Source: Penicillus capitatus
Lineage: Eukaryota > Plantae > Chlorophyta
Length of the DNA stretch: 64,000 nucleotides
Assembly: GCA_965649825.1 (NCBI GenBank)
Contig: OZ287699.1
Coordinates: 1,208,477 to 1,272,476 of the forward strand
Direction of reading: 5' to 3'
The translations under genes were made by a program, and so were the position numbers. Positions 35,552 through 48,264 of the stretch are shown piece after piece. Each line of letters begins with the position of its first letter. The stretch's first letter is position 1. The notes beneath the pieces were generated by a model that worked only from the letters and a program-made list of their open reading frames with translations, ran no database searches and was not told the DNA's origin.

Positions 35552-37974
35552 CTAAATGAACTTGATGGAATCATTCAGCCTCTCCTCCACGAGTCTCTTT
35601 AAGTCATCGAGTTCCGCCTTCGTCTCCTCATGCTGCTGCTCTAATCTTGCGTGCTGTTGCTTAACCGTCGCCTACACCAAACGCATAACTTCCGACACTG
35701 AACTGAACGCTCATACATTCTGAACACTGAACTGCTTCAGAAGCTGGAAATGCATCTCGAATAGATCCTCTCTTAGCTTCTGCAGGAAAAGCATGACTGC
35801 TGCAGACTTTCAATATTTAGAGGCGACCATAAATTGACTCTTCCAATGGTCTGCGGATTCCTTGAGCAGCGCTTTGCAGTCCACAGTCTGACACGCGTTC
35901 TCCACATAATCACGATCTATCCACAGCGAAGAGAGATCTCGGTCCGCGACAGATTCGGTGTGTCCACTACCTTCAGCTATCGTTTTCCCGCCGTTGTGTT
36001 CAGAGAAGTTCCCTATCTTTCTGGCCCGCTTTCGGTGATTCACCGGAACAGAATCTGAGATCAACTTGCTCAGCAAGAGCAACACCGATCAAACAGTCAC
36101 CATACACTGCATGAATGTCGCATCTGTCTTCTTGCCTTTGGCCTGCGGGGTCATAAATGCTTTCCTAGATGCACCTGTTCGTCGGTGCAGATACTGAAGA
36201 CTCTGTGTTGTATAGACATGCCTTTCTGTCTCTTCTGAAAGACATCGCCATCTGGAAATGACACATCGTCCATCTCCACCTCTATGCTCTGTGTCTTCGA
36301 TCTGGCCAAATCGACTGGCCCCTTCTGCAAGGAACTGGTCTCTGCGACCGGACTGAGATGACGACGCATTGCGCTTCCATTCTGCAGACGTTCCGGTCGC
36401 GGTTTCTCTTCGGACGGCATTTTCGAGCGATTTGCACCCTCGGGAGACATCTTCTGCGATCCAGCAGACATTGAAGACCGTGCATCGCGTGCAGGAAGTG
36501 TAGAGGGAGAAGTTTTTGACAGGGAACCGGATGTCGCCCCATGAGCATCACCTTGACGTGACCTACGCGTGCTTGCTGGCGTCTTGAGTGCAGATCGCGT
36601 GCTCTGATCTCTGAGAGGCGAAAATGGAAGATCCTGTCGCACACTCCACTGCAGGCTACCATTCATGGACGCCATTCACGACCTGCTGTTCTCTTGGTCG
36701 AATGGAGAGGGATGGAGAATTTGTCGCGGTAAGCGTTGACTTGAAAGCCGGCGTAGCGTCTCCCCTCGAAGCAGCATCGTGATCTCGGGAACCGTTCTTC
36801 GTCGATCGATGCTGCCAAGAAAGACTGCTGACTGGAATTTGAAGAGCTTCGGGGTGGACGGAGGACGATCGGAGTGAGCGCTCCATCTTCCTTCTGTCTC
36901 GCAGATGCACCTCTCCATCTGTAGCAGTCCCATCAGCGAGACAGCGTGTTGCACAGAGTCTGTACTTTCCGTCCCGAATGCAACCGTCTTTGAGTCGGGA
37001 TGAAGAGAGAGCGACGCCACTGGACAAGAAAAGGTTACAGAGTCCACCTAGACGACGAACTTCGCAAACAGACTCTGCTTTTGTCAATTACCTTTGAGGA
37101 TCTGAGATCGATGCCACAGATTTTACCGTCCATCCCACAGGTGAAAAGAAAATCTGACCGATCGCCAAAGCAAGTCGCTGTCACCCTTTCCTGCAAAGAA
37201 GAAGGGTAGAGGCGGAGAGACAGGAGAGGAAGAGAAACTGTGTGAATCGCTGTCGAGAAAAGGCAATATCTTGTAGCGGCATTGCACACCATCACTTGTC
37301 CGTCTCGATTGCCGAATGCAAAGCACATGTCTTCGTCTGCGATCAAGGGAGAAAAACACAAGGCCGTCTTGGGACAGAACGATGTGTCCGAGAGTTTGCC
37401 GACACGTTCGGGCGACTGGTTTCCCACAGTATACAATGACAGATCCCCCGAAGACCTACACTTGACTCGTTACGCTCGACCGTGCCCGTAAAGAACTTAC
37501 GTGGCAAAAGCAAGGTTCCAGCGAGATGGAGATGAAGAGGGACTGGTTGCCATAGCCGTGATCTCGCTGGATGTGTCTTTAATCGTCGCTACGATGCGCT
37601 GGGAAGCAGAGATCGATCGGATGCGGAAGAGGAAGTTGGTGTACCGCTGTTTTGCGATTCCACAAAGCGACTGTGCCATCAGCAGTGCCAGACACCAATA
37701 GTTCTCCGCCCCATCCAAAGCTCAAGCAGCGTAGCGGGGCTTGACGCTCAGTCGTGAACTCTTTGCAGGTTTTATCGGCAAGAGTCTTTACGTAGAAGGC
37801 TCGGCTGTCGCCTCCGAAAGCCAACACGGCGTTGTCCGGACTCCAGGCAGCGGAGTACACTCGGTTTGTGTCGGTGAGGAAGGTTGGCTTGGAATAGCGC
37901 GACGTCGAAGTGCCCAAGGCATCCCATACCTTGACATAGAGGCCGCAACTGGCGGCGAGCAACGGACTGCTCAT
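35552..37974 (-). CDS. NEDD1: NEDD1/GCP-WD gamma-tubulin targeting factor; spliced
   Basis: N-terminal WD40 repeats (VKVWD, LVSGTADGTVALWN, FAFGNRDG), Ser-rich linker, C-terminal LREDLFEMHFQLLKQF plus coiled coil. Confidence 0.78.
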
Positions 37975-38909
37975 GTCGCCGATCGATAAAGCGGTGAAGG
38001 CAGGGGCGGAAAATGGTTGCACCCGGCGACAGAGACACGACAGAAACAGAGATGACGACCAGAGTGTACGAACAAACGCGTCGGACGGACGTTAGCCGGC
38101 GAACCTATCACAGTCCGAAATAAAACAGCCCAGAGTCGAGAATCGCACGAGATGCGAGTTCGCAGCGTCACGATGAGAGCGTAATCTCAAGGCGATGACC
38201 GGGCTTGCAATGCGACAGAGTGGTAGTGCTGCATGCGAAGCGTCGCGTATCTGCCAAGACGACTGGACGGAGGCGCCATGAACTGTGCCACATGTGCCAA
38301 GCAGATTTACGCGACATTCGTACCGAAGAGTCAGACGGAAACGATAAGTTTCACGATTTGAGCTTGTCCGTGACGAGCAAGTGACTCTCTGGATGGTAGA
38401 TCTTTGAACAGCAAGCATATCGATCCGGATGTCAACCTGAAAAGAGAAACCGTGATGCGGATGTTCGCCTCATATATCCACTCAGAGACAAGGAACTATT
38501 GTCGTAGAACTCCGCTATGCGTCTGTTCAGGTCTCGTGTCTGTGAGATCACGGTAAACGCGGACGACTGTGACGCTCGGCTACACCTGAGCTCGGCATCG
38601 GAACGTTGTGGAACGCGTCAAGCGGATTCGTTCGTTAGGAGATTCTGGAAACGTCCGGTGAGGAATGTGTGTTCTGCCTTGCGTAGAGGACACGGCCAAA
38701 GGCTGCATCCAATGGCGAACAAACGCTAACGTTGACTTACATTAATGGCAGAGATCCGCGGAAGGTAAAACTGGAACACGAGTAATGAGAAATGGAGTTT
38801 GCAAGTGTTCAGAATTGCACAAAGACATTCAAACAGGCAGATATGTGACAAATAGAGAGAACTTTTCAGGTAAGGCTTGATTCAAAGGTACAAACGAACT
38901 TGCTGATCT

Positions 38910-40415
38910 TCAGGAACCTTTAGAGAACTTCTTCAACGTCTTCTTAATCCAGCGACTTGACTGTCTAACGTCGGAATACAATCCAGGGAAGTCCGACGTC
39001 CCACAGACATCTGACGGGTCTCTCAAATGTGCAATGGCCAGCAGTTTGTCCTTTTCCGATGTCGTATCAATCATCGGTCCTCCATCGTCTCCGACGCAGA
39101 ACTCTGAATCACTACGATCTGTGCAGAGAAGATTTCCTTGGAAAGTTGTATTGTACGCTATGTCACACTCCTTCTTATCGATAACAGACACATAGGCCAC
39201 TTGGAGGTTGGTTGCATAACCGCTAAGGGCACTTTGCCTTCCTAGTCCAACGATCTGCAAGGAACTCCCAGTTTTCGCCTTCTTCTTCTGAAGCTTGACC
39301 GGCTTCTTGCTGGATGTTTCATTCAACTTGATCAGGGCCAAATCATATGCATTGCCCAAGGCTTGGGGGTTTTCTCCAGTGTACCAATCTGGGTGAATCT
39401 TGAAATCTGCTACGCTTCGCTTCTGCAGGACAGGTGATGGATTCACTTTCATAATGGCAAGAAATGGAGGCGCACTTCAGTTTTTTCGAGACAGTCATTC
39501 AAGTCATCGGTGCTGCGTGCATTCACCGCAAGAAGCTGAACGGTTAGGCTTCCACTTCCATCCATACAATGCGCAGCAGTCAATACCGCGTTCTTTGAAA
39601 CAAGTGCGCCGCCGCAGACGTGTTGATACCCGGCCTCCATTGATGTGCGCAATGAAACAAAATAGTGATATTGATCGCAGGGGGCATCCACGCCGGGCGT
39701 TACTTTTGTTTTTAGAAGATTCCTGTTTTGTCCTGATTTCTCAATAATCTGAACAACAGCCCACAACATTGCAATCGATTTTGATCATTTTTTGCAAACT
39801 GCTCACCCCATCACAAGTTCTTTCGGCAAACAAATTGATGAAACCCTGCATGGCTTCTCTTCTTTCATCGTTTTCATGACAGCGTTTCTCATTCGACAGA
39901 CGACAAAGCCTGTTGCGAAGAGAAATGTGGTCGTCGCAGTTATAGTCATCATTGGCAATCATGTTTTCGATAACATCGAAGCTGCCCCAGGCGACGGCAT
40001 ACTCGATAACCGAGAGGACTTCATAGCCAAAATCGCCGTAAGAAACGTTTCGCTTGATATCAAGTGAAGCTCCGAGCTCTCGAAATCGGACAATCGAATC
40101 GACATCGTTCAGTTCAGCCGCCGTGAACAACGCTTCCGCGGCGGAACATGGAATGAGAACGGCATCAGGATATTCAATAGATTCCATCGGTTCTTTGCAG
40201 TTTGTTGAGTCCTGAGCATAGCATGTTGGCGCCGTTGCAGAGTCGGACCGCAACATGCATCTCGGCTTTTCGACTTCGACACCGTTGCTCAAACCAGTCG
40301 TTGAGCAGAAGCATCCATTCTGACAGACGACAGGGCGGACCTGGAACACAACCGATACTATCAAAATTCGCAGCACCACATCAGCGCTTCCGAAAGGCAA
40401 CTTCGTTTTGTTCAT
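38910..40415 (-). CDS. Secreted Cys-rich/ankyrin-like/trypsin-fold protein, predicted catalytically inactive; spliced
   Basis: Hydrophobic leader; GCFCSTTG..C..C..C..C domain; ankyrin-like ALFTAAELND and VIEYAVAWGSFDV; a 58-nt intron joins to CGGALVSKNAVLTAAHC, YDLALIKL and CVGDDGGP. Confidence 0.8.
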
Positions 40416-42662
40416 TGCAAACAATGCCGATTGAAATGTACGCACCGACAAGGAGTATGCTTAAAGGTGTCGCTCTCGTTGGTAACGCGTTTAAATGCGC
40501 GCCGTGAACACTGCCAAAGAATATGCTTAGCTGAAAGCAATTAGCATCACCGTGAAGTTCAAGATTACGTCGTAAACAGAAGAGAAGCTCCTTGGCATCG
40601 GTTCCGTGACGGGTTTCGAAAAACAGAGCTGGACAGTCGTGTTAGAGCACGAACTGGTCGAGGTGGTGTACGAAACGGAAACGCTTCTCAGGTTTCTGAG
40701 CTATTCGTTTGTTCGCGTCTGTTCCTTAGTCATAGACTGATTACGAATGCAGCGACCCGCCGTCCCTTTGGGAGCATCCGTCTCGGTTTCATCCGGAGTG
40801 CAGTTCTCAGCAGACTTGTTCTGATTGAATAAGCATTCAACAGGCGTCGCGCAGACGCAGTTTCCTACACGGACGGTCTGTTTTCCGCGATGTTACTCCT
40901 GCAGTTTCGTCAACGTAGCATGCACACGTGTTAGTCACCATACTAGCAGCGTCTGTTGTTGGGATATGGGTTAAAACATAGCACGGTCACAGACACTAGG
41001 AACGTCTTTCAAATGACCCAAGGCAATAAGTGCGTCTCCAACGCTGTCTGTTCTGAGCAACGGATCTCACTCGTCTGCTTTGCAGTACGCGCGTTTTTTG
41101 TGGCGCACAGAACGTTTGTTGGAAGGTTTTCCGGTCCACTGCACTGGTACTCTTGTTTTCGACGTTTAGGAATCCAACAGGACAGTGGATGCTGGACCGT
41201 GGGTTGACGATCTTCCCATTTCGATGAATCTTAAATCCGCTTGCTTCGACCACGCCCATACCGTCAATTCTGAATCCTGAGTGCTCTTCGTCATACACCC
41301 AAATTTGCTTTCGTTGAGTTCGAATGCTTTTGTGACGTTCAACATTTACGATGGCAAATCGCCAGATGCATAGCAATAATAGCATTTTCTCCTGGATTCA
41401 GGATTATAGCGGTTTGGAGTTCAAGTAGAGTAGAGCTCGATGGCCCGCATTCTTAAAAGAGTCAAATGTGATATTCGCAGAAGTATAATATTCAGAGGGC
41501 ATTCACAGAATCATCCCTGCATATACCATCCCATTAAGAAATGCGCAGACAGCATACCACTATATCACGCGAATACAGAGCGTTCGATGTTTCTTGATTT
41601 TCTTTGTTGTCAGGATAAGAAGTTTCCGGTCTGAAATGCATTTGAGAATGATTACCATGGCTTCTTTGAAGAAGCGGAGACGGAGGTCGACTTTCAACTT
41701 TGGTACAAGATAGGAAAAGCCAAGAATATTAGAGGCTTCTAAAACGAAGCAATCTCTCCCACTCTCGATTCAATTTAGAGTGATTACTGGTACAGCACAT
41801 AACGAGTGCAGAGAGAGTTCTGGGCGATGTGACAAATCCTCATGGCGGTGCCGTGGATTCGGAAAGAGGATATAATCCTGTCATGAGGTTTTGTACATCG
41901 GAGAGATTGAAAGGGGATGTGTCCAATGTTGAAGAACTGTTCACCAGAGAATTCTGCCTAAAGACAACACAGATACCTGCACAAGAAGCTGTGGCAGGAA
42001 CGATGCAAATAACATTCTTCGCAGTGATCGGCAGATTTTTTTGCCGTTTTTCATTCTGAATAAAGAAAGGTGTAACCAAGAATAGTACGCTTCTTCAAGA
42101 GGTGACATTATCCGATGACTAGGTTGTATCTTTTGAATTCGTTCTTGTATGATCTCTGCGAATTCTCATCGGTCTGTCTTTGCGTTGCAACATAACGCAA
42201 TCGAACTTTTTTGTTTGACGATGTTGAATCCTAAACCTCTTTTGAGTATCAGTCTCGGAAACAAACAGTATAGTCGTCGAAATGGATGCGCTGGCCTGTC
42301 ACTTCTGTACTATGTGTCGGTTGGCATCCGCGAGGAGACCCGAGCTCAGCGCCTCTGTCACTAACGGAGTGCGCGTTAGAGGCGACGCAAGGGAATAACC
42401 GTTCGCCAGTTTCGAACGTGATTTTTCTGTCAGATGCTTTCGGCTTAGACGAAAGGGGTCGCTGGCGAGGGCAGGCGAAGCAGCGGAAGATGCGATCTGA
42501 GGAAGATATCATCGTTTTGAGGAGACGTTTTCTCAGACCCATCGATCGACGCGATTCCTCGTTGCCTCGGCGTATAAAACTCTCCGATCTCCACTTTTCA
42601 TTCACTCTAGAAGCGGCCTTCGGCTAGAAGCGATATCGGTACTGTTTCGACGGCGATTGAAG

Positions 42663-43250
42663 ATGCTGTCCAAGTGCCTCGTTCTTTCTGTGATGGTTGC
42701 CATCGCATGCACTTCTTCCCTCGTGGTAGGCAGCAGCTAGAGATGCCTTTATTAAAGAGTGTTTCAACAGGGCGCACGTGATAAATGGGTTCAAGGCGAA
42801 GCAGGACACGGCGGTGACGGTCTAGGTCACGGCGTAGGCTACGGCCTGGGCACCTACGGTACACAATCTTGGGGAAACTGGGCTCATGGATGGGGAGGCT
42901 GGGCTCACGCCCATCCCCAGAATGATCTGTTAGCTGGAGTCCAGAGCCCGAAGGTTGACGACGGAGGCAAATTTGGGCAGCTCCCTGACGGAATGCCTAT
43001 CTCAGACGTGTCACACACAGCTATGCTGAACCCACTTGCTTCTCATGCTGACGTCCCGGCCAAGGTCCACGTACGTGACCAGGGCAAAGTCATTCGCGCT
43101 TTCGGTGGACACGTTCCAGTGGATACTGCAACGGGAAAAGTCCACTTATCGGAAAACAAGCACTTCCTCAGCGGAATAGCCGCCGACAAACCCGACGATC
43201 AGATGCACCCAGAAGGCTTTCATCGCATTGTTGGTTCCACAGGCCCCTAG
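42663..43250 (+). CDS. Secreted Gly/His/Trp-rich protein of unknown function; 2 exons
   Basis: Signal-peptide exon MLSKCLVLSVMVAIACTSSLV (42663-42725), intron 42726-42770, in-frame exon with GHGGDGLGHGVGYG and WGNWAHGWGGWAHAH; TGTAA about 70 nt after the stop. Confidence 0.75.
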
Positions 43251-44718
43251 CCGAAGACGCTTTCTCCTCTCTTTGTTCATACGAAACTGCCAAAAACGAA
43301 AACTCGATAGTCTTGTGTTGTAAACAATCCATGAGTTTCCAACTCTTGCGTCTGATCAAATCGCAAGACGTGTCGCTTACGTCTTGGCATGCATGTACAC
43401 CGGCTTTCCTCAAATTGAGGCGGCGCAGACAGCGCAGGTTCGGAAGAGTCCGTATTGCCATTCCAGGAAGACGCGGCGTTTCGTATGCAGCACTGCTTTG
43501 TCGGCTTGCGATCCGCTCATCCCTCCTGAATGCGCAGCTGCAAACACATGCGTCGTTTCACTCTCGACTTTGGACTGTCTTGTTTTGCGCTGTGAAAGAC
43601 TTCGCGATCAACGTCCGTTCGGACATGCTTGTTTGTCTACTTGGGTCATACATTATTTCTGTTTGTTCCTGCTGTGTCCTATCATGCCAAATACTTTCGT
43701 CGTTTGAAAGGCTGTCAGCACTATCGTTTCACCAACGGCGTCTTCTTTAGCGGTGTATGCGAAGTTTGACTCAATCAGTTGGTCTTTTGTAGACGTTTGG
43801 ACCGTCGATTACAATTCAATTGTGCTTTACGACAGATGTCCCTTGGCAATCGGCGGAGCGCAAATCGCGCTTTCATTTCTCGGTTGTCAAAACAGTCGCA
43901 GAGATAGGATATGGACTTTACAAAGGCAAGAAAGCTGTCAGAGAACGAACACCGCAACCAGTGCATCACACGAAGGAGATCATCCGCCTTCTAATCGGCC
44001 AGAGTCGTGTTCATTCAGCCGACTTGTTCGTGTAAGCGCATTTAAGAAACAGGCTGAGCTCTTAGGCTCCGTCTTGAACGCAGGGTAACTTTTTGGACTG
44101 CTTGCTCCTTTTGCTTCGTACCAACCCTGACCTTGTTTCTCCGTTTTATTAGCATGTGGCATTGAACGGAAGCACCAATGCACCATGGGATCCGAAGAGG
44201 GAAGAAAATTATGTGCTTTCTGCAGTCGCGCCCTTCCACGCATCCTTCGACATGGGCGTATTCTCGAATGCAATAAATTGCCTCCTTCGTGACATGTCGC
44301 ATCGCACCCCATCAACATTCCGCAGCCTTCGACGTCGGGTAAAGATGACAAGACGGGGCATGTTCGATAGCCGGAAAGATTACAGACCTCCTAATCGAAA
44401 CGTTTGACGAACATCACAGATATTATCGAGGTATCAATGCTGAAATTTGCATGCGCGTGCTGCGGTCTGTTTGTTTTCGGCGATTTCCAAGGCGAGTGCC
44501 GACCGTTCTCCAGCGCTTTGCTCAAGTCTTGTCGGTGCGTTACTTTGCGTTAAAATCGCCGTCGGGGAGTTTTCGTGGACGTAACTGTTCAGCAAATTTC
44601 ATTTTACCGTCGACTGACGGCGTGCTGTGTTCTCTCGCTTCGCATGACCTCGGCGTTTCTTTGTTAACGAACCTGAAAGTTGAATTCGAAGTGTTTTTCT
44701 GCAGTGCTGTGGTTCAGT

Positions 44719-45695
44719 ATGCTCGTCTCGATCGCAGCAACGCTACTACTCTTGGCAACGGTCAGATCCTTATTCCTCGATAATATCCAAAATACAAGAG
44801 TTTTGCAGGGAGCCTTGTCCGAAGATACCGCTCCTTGCTCAAGAACAGCGGCAGACATCAACCACCCAAGTGCACACGATAAGCGATTTCTAAAACCGTC
44901 GGGCAATTACTGTAGGCTGTGATGAGGTCTATCATGGAACAAACTGGCCTGGTGAGACTTGTCCATTTCAAATGCAACTGAGCACTAGCCACAGGAAACG
45001 ACATTAGAAGAATCTACGGCATCGAGAGCGCGGAACGATGCTGCCAAAGATGCCGCGCTTTGGGAACCTGTAAAATCCATCGATTATAAGCTCGCATCCA
45101 TGCCATTGTTATGTGCACTAGTCTGCAGAGCATTTGTGTTCTATGATAGCGGCGTTTGTTGGCTTAAATCCGCCGCATCCAATCCAGAAGATTGCTCTGG
45201 ATGTCACGGACGCAACGAATTAGAACAGGTGCTTCCATTGTTCTTCAAGGTCATTTTCATAAACTCAAAGAAAACGCACGTTGCTGCATAGAAAACAAGA
45301 GAATCCTGCAACGCTGTTTATGGAGAAAACACACTTAAGGGAGAGTATGCGATAATTTACCCAGTCACTCAACCGGACGATTGTTGCCAGCTGTGTGATT
45401 CCGACCCTCGTACAACTTTGGAGTCTTGAATACAGCAGAATTCTTGTCCTCGTTGTAGGATGTTCTTCATGGATCTGGAATCGCAGTGAAGATAGATGTT
45501 GGCTGAAAGAAGGTCATCAAGAAAAAGTACCTGCCAGTCAATGTGTCCACGGTTACAAAGTGTGGGATTCAACGCTCCCGCAGAAGTACTTCTCATTCTT
45601 ATTCTTCTGCTCATGAGCACATGTTTATTTTCAGACAAGAACATGGTGACCAGAGGTTCCCATCCCGCACAGACGAGGAAGTCGCATTCTTTTGA
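44719..45695 (+). CDS. Secreted protein with two PAN/Apple domains; spliced, ends approximate
   Basis: Leader MLVSIAATLLLLAT; SAERCCQRCRALGTC..FVFYDSGVCWLKS and PDDCCQLCDSDP..CSSWIWNRSEDRCWLKE. Confidence 0.72.
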
Positions 45696-46929
45696 GAAGC
45701 AGTTTGTATGCGTCTTCCTCGAGGAAATTACTCTCTCTATTGATGAACCAGTCCTCTGTTGTCTCTGAAGAAAGCATAAAAGGCGCAGGACGCCTTCTGA
45801 AATCCAATCCTTTATTGTGTGACTGCATTGTTTCGAGCGAAACGCGCTACGCCGACACTGTGTCACCTTATGATTCGTTCTTTGTGCTTGGCAAGGATCC
45901 ATGCTGAAATGCTGATCTCATATCTGCTTTTCAAGCCGCCTTCGCCTCCAACATCTTGTAGGAGTCCATGTATTCGTTTCCGATTTTTTTATTTCGAAAA
46001 AAAGAAGATTCAAAGATTGAAAAACACGTATCGCCAGCGATGTTGAAGAACACTGTGGTCCCATGGTGCCAGAAACGAGGTTTTGAAGTCAAAAAAGCGC
46101 TGTTCACAAGAATCTAGCGTTTTTTACATATCCTGTCTTTTCATTCGTTTCATCGCAGTTCTCACGGAAACATCAATCGAATCATAAGATCCTCGTCATG
46201 ACAATGGGGATGCCAACTTTCGACGAATCGGCAGAGAATGGTCCACTTCTGCATCTTCCCTTGCCATTGTCGTATCAGAGATGTCATATTTTCCGGAAGT
46301 TATGCTTGCGGTGTCCACTGCCATGCGTTTCAGTTTTAAGATCGTTCCTCGGACGACCCTTGATCAATGCTGCCGTCATCTGTGCCCAGTTTTCCAATAC
46401 GCCTTTGCTGGTATGGCCGTGTCGTTAATGCAATGTGCTGTTGGTCAGACCGCATCGGCAAGGTCCATCAAGATATCCAACGACATGTTCATGATATAAG
46501 TACGGGAATCGTTAACTGTCTTGAGGAGATTGCCGTATTGTTCAGCGTCGCCCTGAGACTTTTGAACACCGCCTTCCAACGACAACGCTGTAATAATTGC
46601 GTTGATCGCCATGTGACTATGTGCGGCCGGACGCCGCGACGATGACGACAGATGGTCGACCGGGTGTTGGCATGTGCCGAGTGACGACCCGATTTTTTGG
46701 GAGAGATTAGAGGAGTCTCACACGCATTACCTTCCGTGAATAAGACCGTAGATTGAGTCATCTTTGTTACCTTGTGACGCCTGTTGAATTATTCGCGCCT
46801 CGACGAATCGTTTTTTGTGCCACGACGACAGCATTAAGCGATGTGCGATGTCCGATGAAGTGTGTTTTCTGCGCGTTAAACAAAGATGGCGAGGATCCTA
46901 GAACATGCCCAAATATGACATTAACGGCT

Positions 46930-47096
46930 TGTCAGAATGACTAGAGCAGTCACATCGTGACTGCCTAGATTTCCGAGGGTTCTGTCTCCGAGGGGGCACT
47001 TACTTAGGATTTACGTCACCTCAGGATCCTTACAAATACGGGAACGTGGCCCTGTAGATACCTTGCTCTGTAACACAGTGAAGATTTCCTCTGACA
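46930..47096 (+). repeat. 5' LTR
   Basis: Differs from the 3' LTR at 2 positions by manual comparison. Confidence 0.95.
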
Positions 47097-47108
47097 TGGT
47101 TTCGGAGC
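47097..47108 (+). promoter_or_regulatory. Primer-binding site, tRNA-iMet-like
   Basis: TGGTTTCGGAGC abuts the 5' LTR; the canonical iMet PBS is TGGTATCAGAGC (2 differences, one a G-U wobble). Confidence 0.7.
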
Positions 47109-47209
47109 TGAGTCTACGCTCCTTTGTTTGAACTCCGTCTGTGTGACGTTACGTGTTTTGCTGCGTGCTTTACGCGTCTTCCTGTGTGGAAGTTGTTGAG
47201 ACCTGTCTA

Positions 47210-48217
47210 TACCTTTTCCATCCCAATTTCAATAAAAGTAAGAACGTATTCAAAACAGAAAAATGGTTTTCAAAAAGTACAGAATCATTTTGAAACCCAA
47301 TATTTTACTTTCACAAATGACGACTCCATTTTCAATCTCTATGACAACGATTTCCCGTCCGGTAACATCAAATTGAAACAATAATTTCTCATTTCAAAAC
47401 AAGTCATTTCATTTAAAAAATATGTCGTTGGTTTACAAAAGATATCCATTCATTTTCAATGAACATTATCTCATCTTCAAAAAAGATTAAAGCAATTATA
47501 AATATAATCTCAATTCTGTGTCCCGTCAATGGAGCTTGCAGACGTTCCAATTGGACAAGAGATTCTTCGCCCCCTTTGGAGCGTTCTCGACACGAGTATT
47601 TCGGCAACAAGTGAGTGGCGTTTGTCCCTTGGTGTTTCTTTACTTTGTTTTAGGCATGAATGAAGAAACAATTCCACAGCCTCGAAGAAGAGGGACTAAG
47701 CCAGGATCAAAACGTGGAGTTTACAAAAAGACTCGACGTTCAGCTCGCCTCAGGTGGTAGAAGAAGCGAGGCAAGGTAGGGACTGGAAGGACATGGCTTC
47801 CAAGAATGGCATTCCATATTCAACTGCAAGAGGATGGGTGGCAAAGAATTGTTTTGAATTGTTTTTGCTTTTTTTTGGAGTCAGTCTCATAGGTGTGATG
47901 TCACTCTTGACATCTTGAGACCGATTTCAAATCGCTTTGGCAGTAATTGAAAAAGGGTTGACAGCAAATTAAATTGAAGTAACAGTTGATGTAATTTGTC
48001 GACAGATTTTCAAAATGAACGGTTCGCTCTTGAAAAAAGATGACGTTCTTCTAAAATGAAATCATTTGATTTGAATTCGGACATGGAGTATTTGAAAATG
48101 AATTCATTGGATTCGGAGCTGAAATTTAGTTTTTCAAATTGATAATACGCATATTGAATTTGGTTTTTTCGTTTTGAATACGTTCTTACTTTTATTGAAA
48201 TTGGGATGGAAAAGGTA
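47210..48217 (+). mobile_element. Internally deleted Tc1/mariner-IS630-type DNA transposon nested in the LTR element
   Basis: Perfect 47-bp TIRs TACCTTTTCCATCCC..., TA on both sides (47208-47209, 48218-48219), AT-rich arms, transposase HTH remnant. Confidence 0.85.
47656..47849 (+). pseudogene. Frameshifted, truncated transposase N-terminus (HTH)
   Basis: MNEETIPQPRRRGTKPG..ARLR / frameshift / VVEEARQGRDWKDMASKNGIPYSTARGWV; no DDE domain follows. Confidence 0.7.
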
Positions 48218-48264
48218 TAGACGCGTCTAGGCATATCTAGGAATTTCAAGAAGCCTCGACAAGG

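Noticed and set aside
40540-42100. Possible spliced Cys-rich minus-strand gene
   Set aside because: Suggestive fragments (GNCVCATPVEC, CYYC) but no consistent exon chain could be built.
43300-44420. Possible glycosyltransferase-like fragments
   Set aside because: Motif-like pieces occur on both strands with stops; no defensible model.
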